The translations under genes and the position numbers were made by a program. From the NCBI GenBank assembly GCA_008632985.1, contig QPGO01000127.1:1-64000 (forward strand): a DNA stretch of 64,000 nucleotides, read 5' to 3'. Under the pieces are notes generated by a model. The model did not search any database. It was not told the origin of the DNA and worked only from the letters and a program-made list of their open reading frames with translations. Shown here piece by piece: positions 24,414-37,779 of this stretch; the stretch's first letter is position 1; each line of letters opens with the position of its first letter. This DNA is from Psammoneis japonica. Its lineage: Eukaryota.

Positions 24414-25980
24414 TGTGGACCTCTTTGGTGTGACTGCTTCTTTTGTTCATTGATCTTTGCTCCCCGCACTCTTCTCAACTTGGAGGAGAACGGCAAAACA
24501 CACACAATTTTGCTGTCATTTGGTTGAATGCAGTGACAGCAGCTGCAGGAGAGCATTTTTGTTCATGTTTTTCTAACTGGCGGTTGATTTGTGATTTGTG
24601 ATTGAGGACCTTCAATGTGTGTCTGCAACAAAATTGCATTGAATGAGCAAACCATCTTTCTCACATGAATGTCATGCCAGGTGCAGTGCCCACATTTCGT
24701 CCTTTCTTCTTTCAAGATGAAAACAGCTGCTGTGACAGCTGCAAGGAGTGCACCGGTGCACTGGCCACTCACCTGCTGGAGTTTTCCACTCATGGCACTC
24801 TGCAAACCACCTGCCCAGCGAGCCATGAAATGTTGCCATCTTTTCCTTCCCAATGGCTTTTCCCTCTTGACATCATTTTCTGAGAAAAAGGCTTGGCATG
24901 CACGGCCCCTCAAAGGGCTGCCCATGGCTTGAATTTTGTGCTCCTGCACTGCAGCCATTCCAAGATCCAGGCTTTGGCGTGCTCCAATTCTTCAAGTTGA
25001 AGAAGAACATCATGCAAAACACTGTGTGACAAGTCAAGTGATGCACGACAAATGCAGAAAGGTGTGAGAGACATCCAGAGACAGCACAATTCTGAAACAA
25101 CATAAAATGTTGCAGAAGACTGTCAACAAACTCGTTGATTCAGTCTTCCACAGATTGTGGACCAACCAGAGCTCAAGCTGACACAACAAAAACAGATTCA
25201 GGCAATGTGAATGACAGACACAATGCATTGGTGACTTGCCCTGTGCAAAGGCCTCACTGCAATGCTCCAAGAAGTGTTTTGCAACATCTTGTGGTTGTTG
25301 CTGCATCAAGAGATTGTTGCGTGTGTGTTTGTTTCTTCTGTGATCGCAATGTGCCTGCGGTGAGATAACACTCGAGAGTTGTGCGCTAATTCATCCGGTG
25401 CAAAACGCCTCTCTGCTAGAGAGCTCTAGCTGGAGCCTGCACTGCAAATGAGAATCACTCTGAACAAGCTGTTTTCGCTCTAAATGAAAAACAAACAGAG
25501 CATTTTGCTCCGATTGCAAGTGCCAAAGGACCAATTGTGGCTTTGCTCCATTTGAGCCACAGTCAGAGCGACATGCTCTGTGCACAAGACAATCAGAGCA
25601 AAATGCCAACATTTGCCCTGTCCAACCGCATTCAGAGGATGCCTTTGATTAAGTCCAATTGTTCAGGGCATTCGCTTCAAACAACTGCAGCCTCCTGCGA
25701 CCTTTTACATTCTCAGAGCAAATGGTTTTTTTTCAAAGCAAACGAACAATGAACATGTGCACACACAACAAGACGCAATGATGGACGATTCAAAGCGTCA
25801 TTGGCACACATGCACGCATGCATTCACAGTTGCCAGTCAATGCTCGTAATCTCGTTTTTGTTTGTGGCGATCTCGTCGACGAGCATCGTTGTTGCTCTGT
25901 TGTTGTCAATTGTCGCCTGTGTGTTGGCGCATCACACACACAACACAATTTTTGCATTTCCACCTTTGTCTGCACAAGTC

Positions 25981-28900
25981 ATGGCCTCCACAGCCTTCTC
26001 CACATGCTGCAAACATTGCTTCTCGACTGTTCCATTGACTCAATGTGACAACTCCAACAGCATCGTAAACATGGGTGATTGCCTCTATTCCGGCAAATGT
26101 CTCAACCTGGAGTGTTCAGTTGATTCCTTTTTTGTCTGCGAATGCTGCTGGAACAGCAGCAACACAAACAGCGGTGGTCGTCATCTTCCAATTCTTAAAG
26201 ATTGGAAAACCTGCGTCAAGCACGCCAAAACTCCAACTCATGTGCAATCCTTTGAAGCTTTGAAAGCCGCACCAACAAGCAGTGCAAATGCCGTGTGTGC
26301 ACCGGCGGAGCCTGCACACGACAAATGTTGGTGCAACGATGACAATGACGCCTCTGTTTCCGAGAGCAAGGAGCCTTCCAACCAAGATGATTGGATTTAC
26401 GACGTCAATGATGCCGGCTCACGTCCTCCATTGCGCATTGATGATCTCCGACAAGGTTTTGATCCGGGCTCCAACAGCCCGGCCTTTTTTTGGTACGAGC
26501 ATTCGCACCCCGGACAAGGCATCCAGAAATTGACAGCTGACGCTTTTAAATTGCCCGTCACCAAGGTGACCAAAGAAGAGGCCCATTTTTCACTTGTGAT
26601 GGCTAGCCTGCTTTCACAACTCACCGAGAAACAACGTGAATTGTTGGCAGAATGCATGCTGCAAGCCACAAACAGCCGTGATCCAGACTTGTCCATTTTT
26701 CGTCGGACTCGTGTCCCCACTTCTGTGAAAGATTTTGAAATGTTGCATTTGTCCAGCAAATGTGCCATTGTGCCAAATTTGCCTCATCCTGTTCCCAGGA
26801 AAACCGATGATGGCAGTCATTCCTGTGTTTCCTTTAAAGACGTGCTTGCAAATGAGTTGGCAAAAGCCACGCAATTTGACAAGTTCTGTTTTGATGCGGA
26901 CGTCATTGTTCAAGATTCGCAACCTGCCATTTCGCGCACACCGGCGGCGCATTCCTTGTTCATGGAACTTAAAGAAGATGTTGACGGTTTTGTGTTGCAT
27001 CTTTGGGTGCGAGAATGGCATGATGACTTCGATCCCAATGGCACGAAGAAGTCACGCAATCAAGTGTGGCTCAACACGCACACCTGCTGCCCTCCTCCCA
27101 ATTCTTCCAGTGGACGCCACACCTGCTTCATGGCAATGTTTGTCCAAGGGGTGGAGACAACATTTGAACGTGAACTGCAGTTGTTGTCTGAAGAATGCCA
27201 TTGGTTTTACCATGGCGGCCTGCAGAAGCTCGTGCGGGTTAAAGCTGGCAAACTCAGTGTTTGTGTGGATCGGCCTGAACGTTCCTGCATGTTTCGTGTT
27301 GGAGACCACAATGGCAGCTGTTCAACGTTTTGGGAACATGCCTGTTGTGCAGATGGAAACTGTTCTTTCAATCACTTGCCTCATTGTCAGCTCTGTCGCA
27401 AAGCACATGTGAGCAACCATTTTAGCACGTCCGAGGATCCTTCTGATGTCGCCGACAATTCACAGGAAGAAGGAGCACCAGTGGATGGCGCAGTTGCAAT
27501 CAACGTTCCTCCTGTTTCTAGCACATGTCCACACAATGCTTGTGTGTCCTGGAATGTGCTCGACACCGCGTTTCGTTTTCTGGCTCCGGCTGACCACCCC
27601 TGTTCATGTGACCAACGCGAAGGTGCACCGAAACCTCCCACTGGCAGGGAAGTGACTGTCTTCAACCCGTCGGCACATGACATCCAATCCACTCAAGACT
27701 TGGCCACAGATCCATCCACATCGACCGACTCTTCTCGTCGCAGACGCAAACGCCAACGTGTGGCCGCCCCAAGACAATGGCTGGCCTCCATCAAACTCAC
27801 TGTTCCCTGGTTGCAGCAAGCAATCGTGTTTGCGCATCACAACATGAGAACACATCCGCCGGGCACCCCAAGTGCCAAGCGCTTTTGGACCAAAGCTAAC
27901 CTCGCGGCCTGTCTTCGCACTTGTGCCGTCATCCAACGCCACATCGACACAGTGTGCGCAGCTGCAAAATGCAATCTGCCTTGCCCAACACATCCAGCAC
28001 CTTGGCTTAATCCCAAAGCACTTTCACGTTGTCATTGTGCACCAATGCACACCATTGGTCTGGGCAATGTTAAAAGTGATTTCGAAATGATGTCCAAATT
28101 GTTCTCTCGATTTGAACTTCAGGCAACCTTTGGAAAGCAAGCAAACAAATGCTTGCGGTCCATCCAGTCCCTCCGATCAACCAAATGTTTTGCGGCTCAT
28201 CCACTGTCCACCAGCAAGTGGGGCACAGGTCCCTGGGTCAGTGAAAATTGCTTCTTTTGGGCAAGGACAGCAAAATTTATGGTTGCGCTGCCTTTGCTTC
28301 ACCAACAACGGGCAATGGACAATCACTCGGATTGTGCAGGTGTGTCACGGATGTTGCTTCGATTCGCTTCTGCCACACAAGCTTGTCTGAGCTGAGTCAT
28401 GTCTTCGGAGCGCGTTGTTGGGGACCTTCACGAAATGGTTTTGACACATTTGGATGCAATGGTCGAGATGGACATGTGGTTGATGAAAGCACCCTCAGAT
28501 GAGGCAGACAACGATGCCGTAGAAGGCGACGGTGAAGTTCAGAAGAAAAAGAAAAAAAAGGCGAACTTTGTGAAATCTGTTTCACTTGGAATGCTGGGAG
28601 TCGCGGAATCCCACCAACATGATGGACCGGCCATTTTGCATTGGGAGGGTGACGATTCTGGAGAAAGTGGTGTGCAAACTGTGAGGCCAGAGGTCAGCAT
28701 CAAACGCAGCAATGCAGACTGGCAAACAATCGCTTTGCGTCACATTCACCAACAGGCAACCATTTCTTGGCTTTTAGAACGTGACAGTGAGAAAGGTTCA
28801 TCGAAGAACAGACGTCTAGATGGCATCTTCAAAATCTACAGAAACTGGAACACATTGTTGGAGGCAAGACAGCAATGCCTTCCCTTTGCTGGCCTTGTGT

Positions 28901-29331
28901 CGTCCGATTGCACTGTGTGGTTGTTGTTTTGACCAGTGGGTGAAAAAGGAGCTGCTCGCTCCTCTGTAACTGCAGTTGCTTTAGAATTTGTGGATGAGGA
29001 AGGTGAAGAAATTTTGGACTTGTGTTGGATGGCGCCAGTTCAAGTGACAGACAGGAGAAAATCATTTGATGCGGCAACAGATCTTTGCAACAGTTTGGGA
29101 CATCAGTTTGTGCTGGCATTGCCAAGGATGGAAGATGATGGTGAAACGTTCGCAAACAGCTTTTATTGTGTCAGCCATCTGTGGAATGAAAGAACCAGAG
29201 ATGGATGCTTTGTGAAATCGGAACTCAGCTTGGACGTTTTCGATGATTGGTTGACAGCCGGCTGGCCATCAACTGCTCTGTCATCCATCTTGGTTGACAA
29301 TCCAGCCTGTGTGTTGGAGACAATGGCATGA
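25981..29331 (+). pseudogene. CACTA/Plavaka-like DDE transposase with two in-frame TGA stops (28393, 28930)
   Basis: WHDDFDP..K..NQVW (D1), VDRPER (D2), PMHTIGLGNVK (HxxxLG), GP...WEG...GE (E); three collinear in-frame ORFs; only 4 Tyr in the 864-aa ORF. Confidence 0.7.
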
Positions 29332-29468
29332 GCAGTGCACGTGCTCCAATGGTGGATGGACCCGTGAAGGAGCAGCGCACTTGCTCTTTTGTTTAAAGAC
29401 GCGCTGTTGTGGCCGACACGCAGCTAGCTGCGGGGGACAAGAAGGACATGCGAGCTGGGCATCTGCTC

Positions 29469-32400
29469 TCATTTCATGTTCCTCTTTCTCTTTATGAAGT
29501 GGAACTGTGCAGACCAGTCCCTCATCACGTTTGACATTTTGTTTTTGGCCAAAATGTCCAACATCGCCTCTGGTGGATTAGACAGCAGTTTGTCAAAATT
29601 GAACTCAAATGCAATTTGAATGGGACCATGATCCCAGGTCGACCCGGCCCAATCATTGTCCTCACACAGTTCTTTGGCAATCTCCTCCATCGTTTTTTCC
29701 TCACTTTTGCATGAAAAGTTTTGGATCAATCCACCGGGAGGCAGCTCTTTGGGGTCACTGGAACCATCAAAGTGACAAAGAAAATTCGCCTCATCGTGGA
29801 AAACAAAAAATGACATTCCTGCAAAATGGACATCGCAGCAGTTTGCCCTCCCTTTGCTGATCCAGAAGCGAAACATTTTGCAAAGAATGTTCTCAACAAA
29901 ACGAATGGTGAAGTGAGTGTCTTTCTTGTCATCACCCCCGGGGTTGTTCAACTGCACGGTGAATGCACCCTGCATGGTTTGAGCCAAACGGAGCATGTCC
30001 GCATCGTCCATCTTGCCCAGTCCATGTTCTTCGGCAATTTTTATGTTGGGGAGGGAATCCTTTTTGCAGTGGCAACAGTGCAGCATCCAAACAGGAAGCT
30101 GGCCAATTTCTGCCATGATCGCAATCGAATGATTGAGATGCAAGACGTCACATTGCGGGGAGAATTCAGACAACTGATTCATCAGTTTCTTGTAAATAGA
30201 GACGATGTCTTTGTTTTGTGGCTTGTTTGCATGCTCACTCCAAATGTCGCAAATCCACTTTCCCTTTTTGTCATTCCGTTTTTTCCATTCAGCCTTGGTT
30301 GGCAAGGGTGGTCTCTTGCTGCGTGACGCACATCATGGAGGGATGCCTCTAGAATGTGCCTCTTTTACGTGGACCATCATTTCGTAAATGAGATGTCCCA
30401 ATCCGCAGGGGTCGCTTGGTGGCTGGAAGGCATTGACGGATAAAAGAGCCAACGCAACTGCTCCAAAGCAACATGACTGTGCCGGGTGCACCTCGAAGCA
30501 AGTCTGAACAGCGACAATCTGCGGCAACGCAAGTGAGAATTTGTCAATCATTGCGACAGCGAAGTGTAGAAAGAGCTGGTGGTGTGACGTTGGTTCCATG
30601 TTGCAGTCGCCTTTTAATGCATCGATTCCTTTGCACCCCTTAAATCCTGTCAAGTGATCACAGACAAGTGCTGGCTCCAGTCGTTGCCGGTGCACGGGCA
30701 AGTTTTGGTGGGTGCAAATGGCTCGTGTTGTGATGGGCAAGGCAAGTCGAATCCTCTTCTCCGCAGTTTCTACAGAACTGCGGGTGCAAGCAATGGCAGC
30801 ATCTCTTGTTTCTCCATCATCTGTGATTTTTGAAACAGACAAAACTGGGGTCATGTCTTTGTTTTGGCCGTTGCATTCATCCGAGTGGCAATCCGTAATT
30901 TTGCCAAATTTGGCATTCGCCAGACGCAGTGCCTCCACGACATCATTTGCTGAGGCATCCGGCAACGAACCCGCGTGGTCTTGACATCGGTTTTTTGTCT
31001 CTTCATCGTGCCACAATCTAGATGTAAAAGCAGGATTCAGTGTCTTTGCAATTTCAGACATTGACTCAAAAAAAGGCATTGCTTCCTCAGCCCCTTTCCC
31101 AACTCGAGGCCGTGCAACACCATCAGCGTGGCCTTCCCTTGTAGTGCTTGTGTTGGTGCAAACGCCGAAATCTGCAAAGTGGTCCTTTGGTTGACGATGG
31201 GTCCCAGTTTTCTTGGGCTTGTTGCTTTTCTTTTTCTGAAAACGTTTTCTCTTGCCAGTTTTCTTGCCAACATTGCCTTTCCTTGTTTTCTTTCCCTGGT
31301 TGCTTTTCGACTCACGTTCATGGCATTTGTCAATCAGCGCGCGCGATCGGTCCCAGTCAATGCGGCAGATTGGGTGTTTGTTTGGAAAGTGGTCAAGCAC
31401 CAACATGAAGTCATTGCAATGGTCGGAATCAACATCACACAAGGACCATTTGATGTCAGTTTCATCCTGTCCAAGTGTTGACGCCAAATCCGGAATTGGC
31501 ACTTGGCAGTGGGGGATGTCTGCTCTGCTTGCCAAGCAAACCTGCAGTTTCGACTGGAAGACAACATGCAGATGGGTGACGTGCTTTTGCCTGCGTTCTC
31601 CAGACAGTTTCCCCAAATTGTCAAGTGCTTTGGCTTTTCCAGAATTACAACGGAAGCAAGCACTGTTCATCTCCTCAAACACAAAAACAACATTGAACAT
31701 GTTTTTAGCATGCAAGCTCTCTTCTTGCAGCAGGGAGCGGGACAACACCATTTTCTCCCGCCGAGTCTTGCAGTTGCCAGTGAAAGTTGGACGCTGCATC
31801 TGCAAGGGCAGTGCTGCCTCAAAAGCGCTTGAATGGCAATCAGATGATTCGTCTCTGCTTCCATTGGGCAAATCAGAATCGGAGAAATCAATGGGAAGTG
31901 CTGACACAACTGCGCCATCATGCCAATGCGATGATTGGTCACTCTGACTTGAGAAAACAGAATCAATGACATCGCTGTTTGTTGATGGTTCCTCGATGTG
32001 ATGCACAGAAGCCGAGTCCTCACAGCGTTTTGCTTCTTCCTGCATGTGCTGCTCACTCAGCAAGCAAAGCAACCGGTCTGCTGGTCTTCGCTTGCGAGGA
32101 GGTGGAGACCGTCCCAGGGGAGATTCCAGGCTGCGTGACCTGGATGTGGCAGATCTTGCACGGTGTGAGATTGGACTGCAACTTCTGTTTCTGCGGAGTC
32201 GCACTTGATGAAATGGGACCATGCCACTGTTGGTGGGTTGACTTGTTCTGCTTGAACTCCTTGAGCGGATGCTGTCATCTGCAGAACGTGCGGGAGGATG
32301 GCTTTTGTCCCAACCGCGACTCTCAGATTTCCTCGATGCACCCTGCCTGTGCGAGCGCAACGAATGCCTGGGTTTGCGAACACGCGATCGACCCCGACAC

Positions 32401-33161
32401 CTGGATGGTGACCTCAACATTGTTGGAGACCTGTTTTTTGACCTGGAGGGTGACCTGCACCTGGATGGTGACCTGTGCGGTGACCTGTGTCTACGCCGAG
32501 GTGACAATCTAGACCTTTCATTGGAAGAATCCAGAGACCTTCGACGAGACCATTGCGGTGAACTGGATGGAGACCTTTGGCGTGACCTCTGCCGCGATTG
32601 CGATCGACCGTGGTGATCCCTGCATGGAGAGTGGGGAACAGCACCACAACGTTCCCTGCAACTGTGCCGGGAACTTGAGTGATGGCAACCCATGGATGGT
32701 GACCGACACCGTCGCAGATGCCTTTGACGAGAATGAGACCCAGACCCAGAATGACGAGACCTTGATCGACAAGGAGAACCATGCGAAGAAGTTCCAGAAC
32801 GACAACGATGTCTGGTCTGATGACGCGATCGAGACCAAGAACTTGACAAAGAGCAAGACCGAGGACTTGACCAAGACTGGGACGGCGATTGACACCTTCG
32901 TCGTTGGTGAGAATTCGACCTCGACCTGCATCGCCGTTTGGACAGTCTGCGTTCCCTGGATCTGTCGTTTGGATTTGACCACAACCGACCTGTGGAACTT
33001 TGAACAGGCGATTTGGATCTTTGACGAATCAAGCGACCCGGCGGATCTCTTGATGGACGCGCACTCCTCATCCTTCTTCCCTTGGGAGCGCCAGATCTGC
33101 TCCAAGCGGGAGCATCACATTTGCCTTTTCCACGATGCATGGATGGTTGGAATTTGAGCAA
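29469..33161 (-). pseudogene. Transposon cargo: RS-rich N-terminus, HxDxxN...Rx5[Y] module and helical C-terminal domain with ENxLCK; one in-frame stop at 30333
   Basis: The 942-aa and 278-aa ORFs share a frame; motifs CHSDECN, RDAAIACTRSS, FVENILCKMFR; 1 Tyr in 942 aa. Function tentative. Confidence 0.55.
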
Positions 33162-33924
33162 GCAGATGCCACAATGAAAAACAATGAGAGCAGAACAGCT
33201 TCACAACTCCTTTGTCATTTGTGCGAGAATGTGATCGTGCAATGATGATGTCGCCTTTGTGTGGTCGTGATTGAGAGATGATGCACATGTTGGGTGAGTC
33301 AGAACATCGGAATCCGGAATTTTGCATGTCATCCCCTCACGTGGCCAACTGGTTGTGGCCGCCTGCAGCGCCACAAACAGAACACCACAAAAATTCTGTG
33401 TTCATCATAGAATTTAACAAGAAAATGAGTCCCCTCTTTTCTGTGACATCACTGCATTTGCCGCATGTCACAACAACACAAATGTGGGAAAAGCATGCAT
33501 CCATGACACCGCCACTGACACCGCTGTTGTCATCAAACTTTGCTGTTTGTGCAGTGCTGTCATCATTCATCCTTCCATTGCATGTTGTCATTTTTGTCAA
33601 CTTGTCAACAAGTGTTGACAATGTTGTGACCTTTGGCAAAGGTTCATTGCGAGACACCACCAGAACCAAAACTTCATCGCTGCTGCAAGAACAACACTGA
33701 GCTCACGGCACAGTCTGTACATTGTTTCTTTGTCTCGCATCTCAGACAATTTGGTGTGCATGCTGCATTTCGTTGACTCTTTACAATCATCATCAGGTGC
33801 TGCCACGAAATTGGTTGCAGACAAAGTCAGCAACTTCCTTGCATCTCCGCGTCAACTGCTGACAATTGTGCAGCAACGGACGAGTGGGACTGCCAGTCCA
33901 TCGCCCAGTGACATTCCGCTAATC

Positions 33925-34223
33925 GGTTTTCAATGATGAGACCTGGAGAACTGGCTGGGGCACCCTCGTTGTGTTGCACAGTTTGAAGAAAAGGGGACCG
34001 GCTGATCTGGGTTGTGTTGGCAGACGGTGCAAGCTCCTTTTTCCTTGACGTTGTCAAGAACACACACATTCCAAGGCCACTGTTGTCGGTGGGTCGTCTC
34101 CGTCTGTCACATCTCTTCCCTGCATTTCCACGTCTGTCACCCACCAATGGTCCGCCAATTGGGTTTTCAACAATGAGACCTGGAGAACTGGCTGGGGCAC
34201 CCTCGTTGTGTTGTGCAGTTTGA
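33925..34223 (+). repeat. ~60 bp direct repeat inside the transposon
   Basis: ggttttcaa..atgagacctggagaactggctggggcaccctcgttgtgttg..cagtttga at ~33925 and ~34162. Confidence 0.9.
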
Positions 34224-34269
34224 CGCAAATGAGGCAGCAGCAAAGGGAAGCAAGGATTCGCCCACAATG

Positions 34270-37200
34270 TCAAGGGACAATGGAGTGAAAGCTCTTGCCA
34301 AAGCGGCTGTTGTGGCTTCCCGAGAAGAGAATGAGGAAATCCGGTTGTCACAGGAGGAGAACAACCACAATTCCCAGGAAGAAGATGTGGAAGAAGAGGA
34401 GGAGGAAATGCGGACATCAGAGGAGGACAAGGAAGCTGTGAATTCTAAGGAAATGGACAATGATGCTTCTCTGGAGAAGGAAGATGCGGTTCTTTACCAA
34501 AATCATCAAAATCCAAGGAGGGGGACATTCAACACATTCCCACCAAGCTCCGGCGTTTCGTGAATGCAGTCAAACATGACATGTCAAAGCGTGTGCGGGA
34601 CAATGTCCACCGCACTTGTCCCTTGTTTGCCGTGGTCAACCCAAGCACAGAACCAAAATCACTGACTGCACTGGCAAATTCTGGATGCGGGCCGAATGAT
34701 CGTGGGAAGAAATGCATTTTGTTGCATCACAACCAGAAGGGGTTGTCATCCGACTTCGGCAAAGAAGCAAGTAAAAAAGCAAGGGCAGCTGTAAAGGATT
34801 TTCTTCTTTGTGAATTTAATCAAGAAAACAAAGGCGACATTGTCGACTTGTTGAACAACAAACACACTCACATTTTGGGAATTTGTGCAATGCCAAAAAA
34901 TCAAGAAAGCGGCAAACTGGCAACTGATCTTGTCGCTGCATTGTTGTGTCGGTGCATTGAATTGGTGCCAGCAACAATTGTTGACCATGTTTGAGTCGAC
35001 AGAGGAGCCAAAGTCCATGACCATGGGTTGTGCCCCTTCCTGATTAGCCTGGCTCAATCTGTCGGCTGCACGGTTGTTGGCACTTGGGACACAATGCTGC
35101 ATTGTCAAGTCAAGCTCAAACAACACTGCTGTGAAAGTTTGGGTTTCGAGGACATCACAGAGGAAATGAATGAGGAGCCCTCTTGGGAAAGAGCAAGACA
35201 CCATTGGAATTGGAGTGCTTTGATCAAAGAGGACGGAGACAACACTGGGGCACTGATGGTGAAATGCAGAGTCACCACACGTTGTGCAAAAATTGCGTTG
35301 CCCATCTCTCACACAGAGGATGATTTCCAATGCAATGTAAAACATTGGCAAGATCGTGTTGGGTTCTGGAGCAGCAAGAAGAGACCCGCCGATCAATGCC
35401 AAGATTTGGTGGATCAAGAGAAAGACCTCATCTACAAATCGTCAGTGGTGATGGTTGGCAATGCGACACTGGATTCTTTTAAAGATTCCTGGCAAAAACA
35501 CATGGATGGATGCCAATGGTTTGACATTGGAAAGTGCATTTACGAATCCTATGAATGTTGCGTGGGTGCAAGTGACACCAACCAAGTTAAGTCACATTTC
35601 GAGACAACAGCTTTGTTTGCCGCAAGCGTCAATTTCTCCTGCCAAATGAGCGAATTGGCAAATGATGAAACATGGAAAAGAGCAGCGTTTCGATCGAGGA
35701 CTTCCGAGCTGGCTCAAAGAGCGAAATGTGTGAGGGGCAAGTTTGGCGCAACTGCGGAGTCGGGAACTGATGACCGGAAGTGTGTTCTCAACCCCAAGTG
35801 TTGCCAACGGAGTTGGAGCGATTCAGATGAAGACATGGAAATGGAAATGCCTTTGGGTGATGATGGAGCCACATGTCAACTTCTTGAAAGAATCTGTTTG
35901 AAGTGCAACACGTGCAACATGGTGTTTCCCATCGATTACAACCAGGAAGATCAAGGTGGACTGTCACCAGCAGCAACTTTGTTTTCAGCGCTTGCGGGAC
36001 CTTGCTGTGATCATGCAATGTGTGTTCCGGGCAAGTGCCCCATTTGCACTGCACAAAGCAAAAGTGCAGTGTACGAACTGCTGGTTGGTGCTGCACAAGA
36101 AGACAGAGAAACTCTGAAGGACCTGGAGAAACGCCAAGTGCGGTTGAACAAAAAGGATTTCTTTCTGCCACCTTTGCGACACACTGCAATTTGGTGCAAA
36201 GAAGCGGAACAACTGCATTGGCACCAGATCAATTGGTTGTTCCGACAATGTTGTTTTACAGAGCTGGCAAAGGAGGCGATGCTTGACAAAAAATTCTCTG
36301 CCAGGGGAAACAAGAGAGAAAAGAAGGAGCCAAAACCACAAGAGGGAGATGGTGACCTGGAGGAAGAGGAGTCCGAATCGGAGCCAGAAGATCAAGGTCT
36401 CCTTGTGTCACGAAGAAAAGTGTTGTCTGCTGGGGACAAGAAATGTCAAGATCTGTGTCATGAGGTGAGGATGCACTGTGAGGATGCCAAAGAATTGGCA
36501 CGGCTGCATGGTTTTGAGTGGGTCAATCGGGCCACACGGCCGGATGAAAGTGAGGTGCCAGGTGATGCTGTTGATTATGAAGGACCAGTTTTGTGTGGAT
36601 GGTTCGAAGATTTCAAGCACGGCAGAACATTTGCTGAAGACTGTTTTGGAGCGACGAATGACAAGGACATTGGAGGAGGGAAGATGAACCTTGTTCGAGC
36701 CGCAATTGAGGAAGCCAAAAAGAAACCTGACACAAGAGTGAAATTCAATGCCAGACAAAAGAGGCAAATCAGCAAAAGAGCTGATCACGCAACAAACAAT
36801 GGTCAGGTTCACAAAGTGAGATGGCTGACAGAGAAGGAGCCAACGAAGGAGGGGCTTGCAGCCGATGATGATTTTGAAGGTCCGGAGGGAACGCCAGCAT
36901 TCGTGGGGGTTGGCACAAGGAAGAAACCGCGCTGTTGTGCCATGGAGTGGGCAAGAGCCAATTTTCAGCAGCAATGTCCCACAGTGTACAAGGCCATGTG
37001 TGATTGGGAACCAGGGAAGAAATGGTGCAGACTGCCGGAGGGTCACGTGTCAGATAAAAGCGGGCTGGAATTTCCCAGCTCGGGACCCCCAGTCAAACAT
37101 CAACAAGGGAGAAAGACACGTGCGTGTTTTCGAGCCTGGCCAGTGTCCTAAATTACATTGGAGATGAAAGGATGGAGCGACACATTGTGAACCACATGGG

Positions 37201-37500
37201 TCATTCTTGCAGATCAGAGAACACCAACAACAAACGGTTGGAGTTTTTTTCAAAATGCCGAAGGCTGTCCAAACAAGGTTGCGTAAACGCAAGCGGCAAG
37301 ACAATGCAATTGTGGGCCAATTCTTCTTGCTTGGCATGGTTGTCGGGGCCAACGATTTCCAGGCATGCAGGTGTTTGCGAGTCACCAATGTTTTGCTGAC
37401 GAGCCCGGCCTTTTCTGCAGCACGCAACAGTTGGCACGTTTGCGGCAGTGTGCAAGGCTTCCCACCAAGGACATTCATCATGAGCCCCTTAGTTTGAAAA
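34270..37500 (+). pseudogene. Transposon cargo: large protein with a GNAT-like segment and a possible papain-like Cys motif near the C-terminus
   Basis: LVAALL..IVDHV*V..HDHGLCPFLISLAQ..HCCESLGFE resembles GNAT (RxxGxG..YYxxLGF with Tyr->Cys/His); KHQQG..TCVFSSLASVL spans a frameshift. Confidence 0.45.
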
Positions 37501-37779
37501 CACATGCCCGCGGGTTGATCCACAAAATGACTGAGCAATTTGTGTGTGCCACTCATTTCCTCGTCTGTGTGCGGGTGTGCGTTTAACCAACAGCGGCATC
37601 CATCAACAATGCATTGGCTCACAAGAGGCTTTGTCCACTGATCGTGATTTTGGACTTTCACGTTGTCCAATGGGGTGGCGCAAAGCAAAGGAAGGAAACG
37701 ATTCTTGGTCGCTGGTGTCAGATCTCTTTGTTTCACGGGAGCAAACACAAGCAAGCCGCTGCCCCACGCATCTTGCTCT

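Noticed and set aside
32050..33161. RS-rich region as an SR splicing factor
   Set aside because: No RRM is visible; it is a low-complexity N-terminus of the cargo protein.
25801..37151. Alternative genetic code or selenocysteine read-through of in-frame TGA
   Set aside because: Neighbouring host genes use the standard code; the TGAs fit CGA->TGA decay in a dead element.
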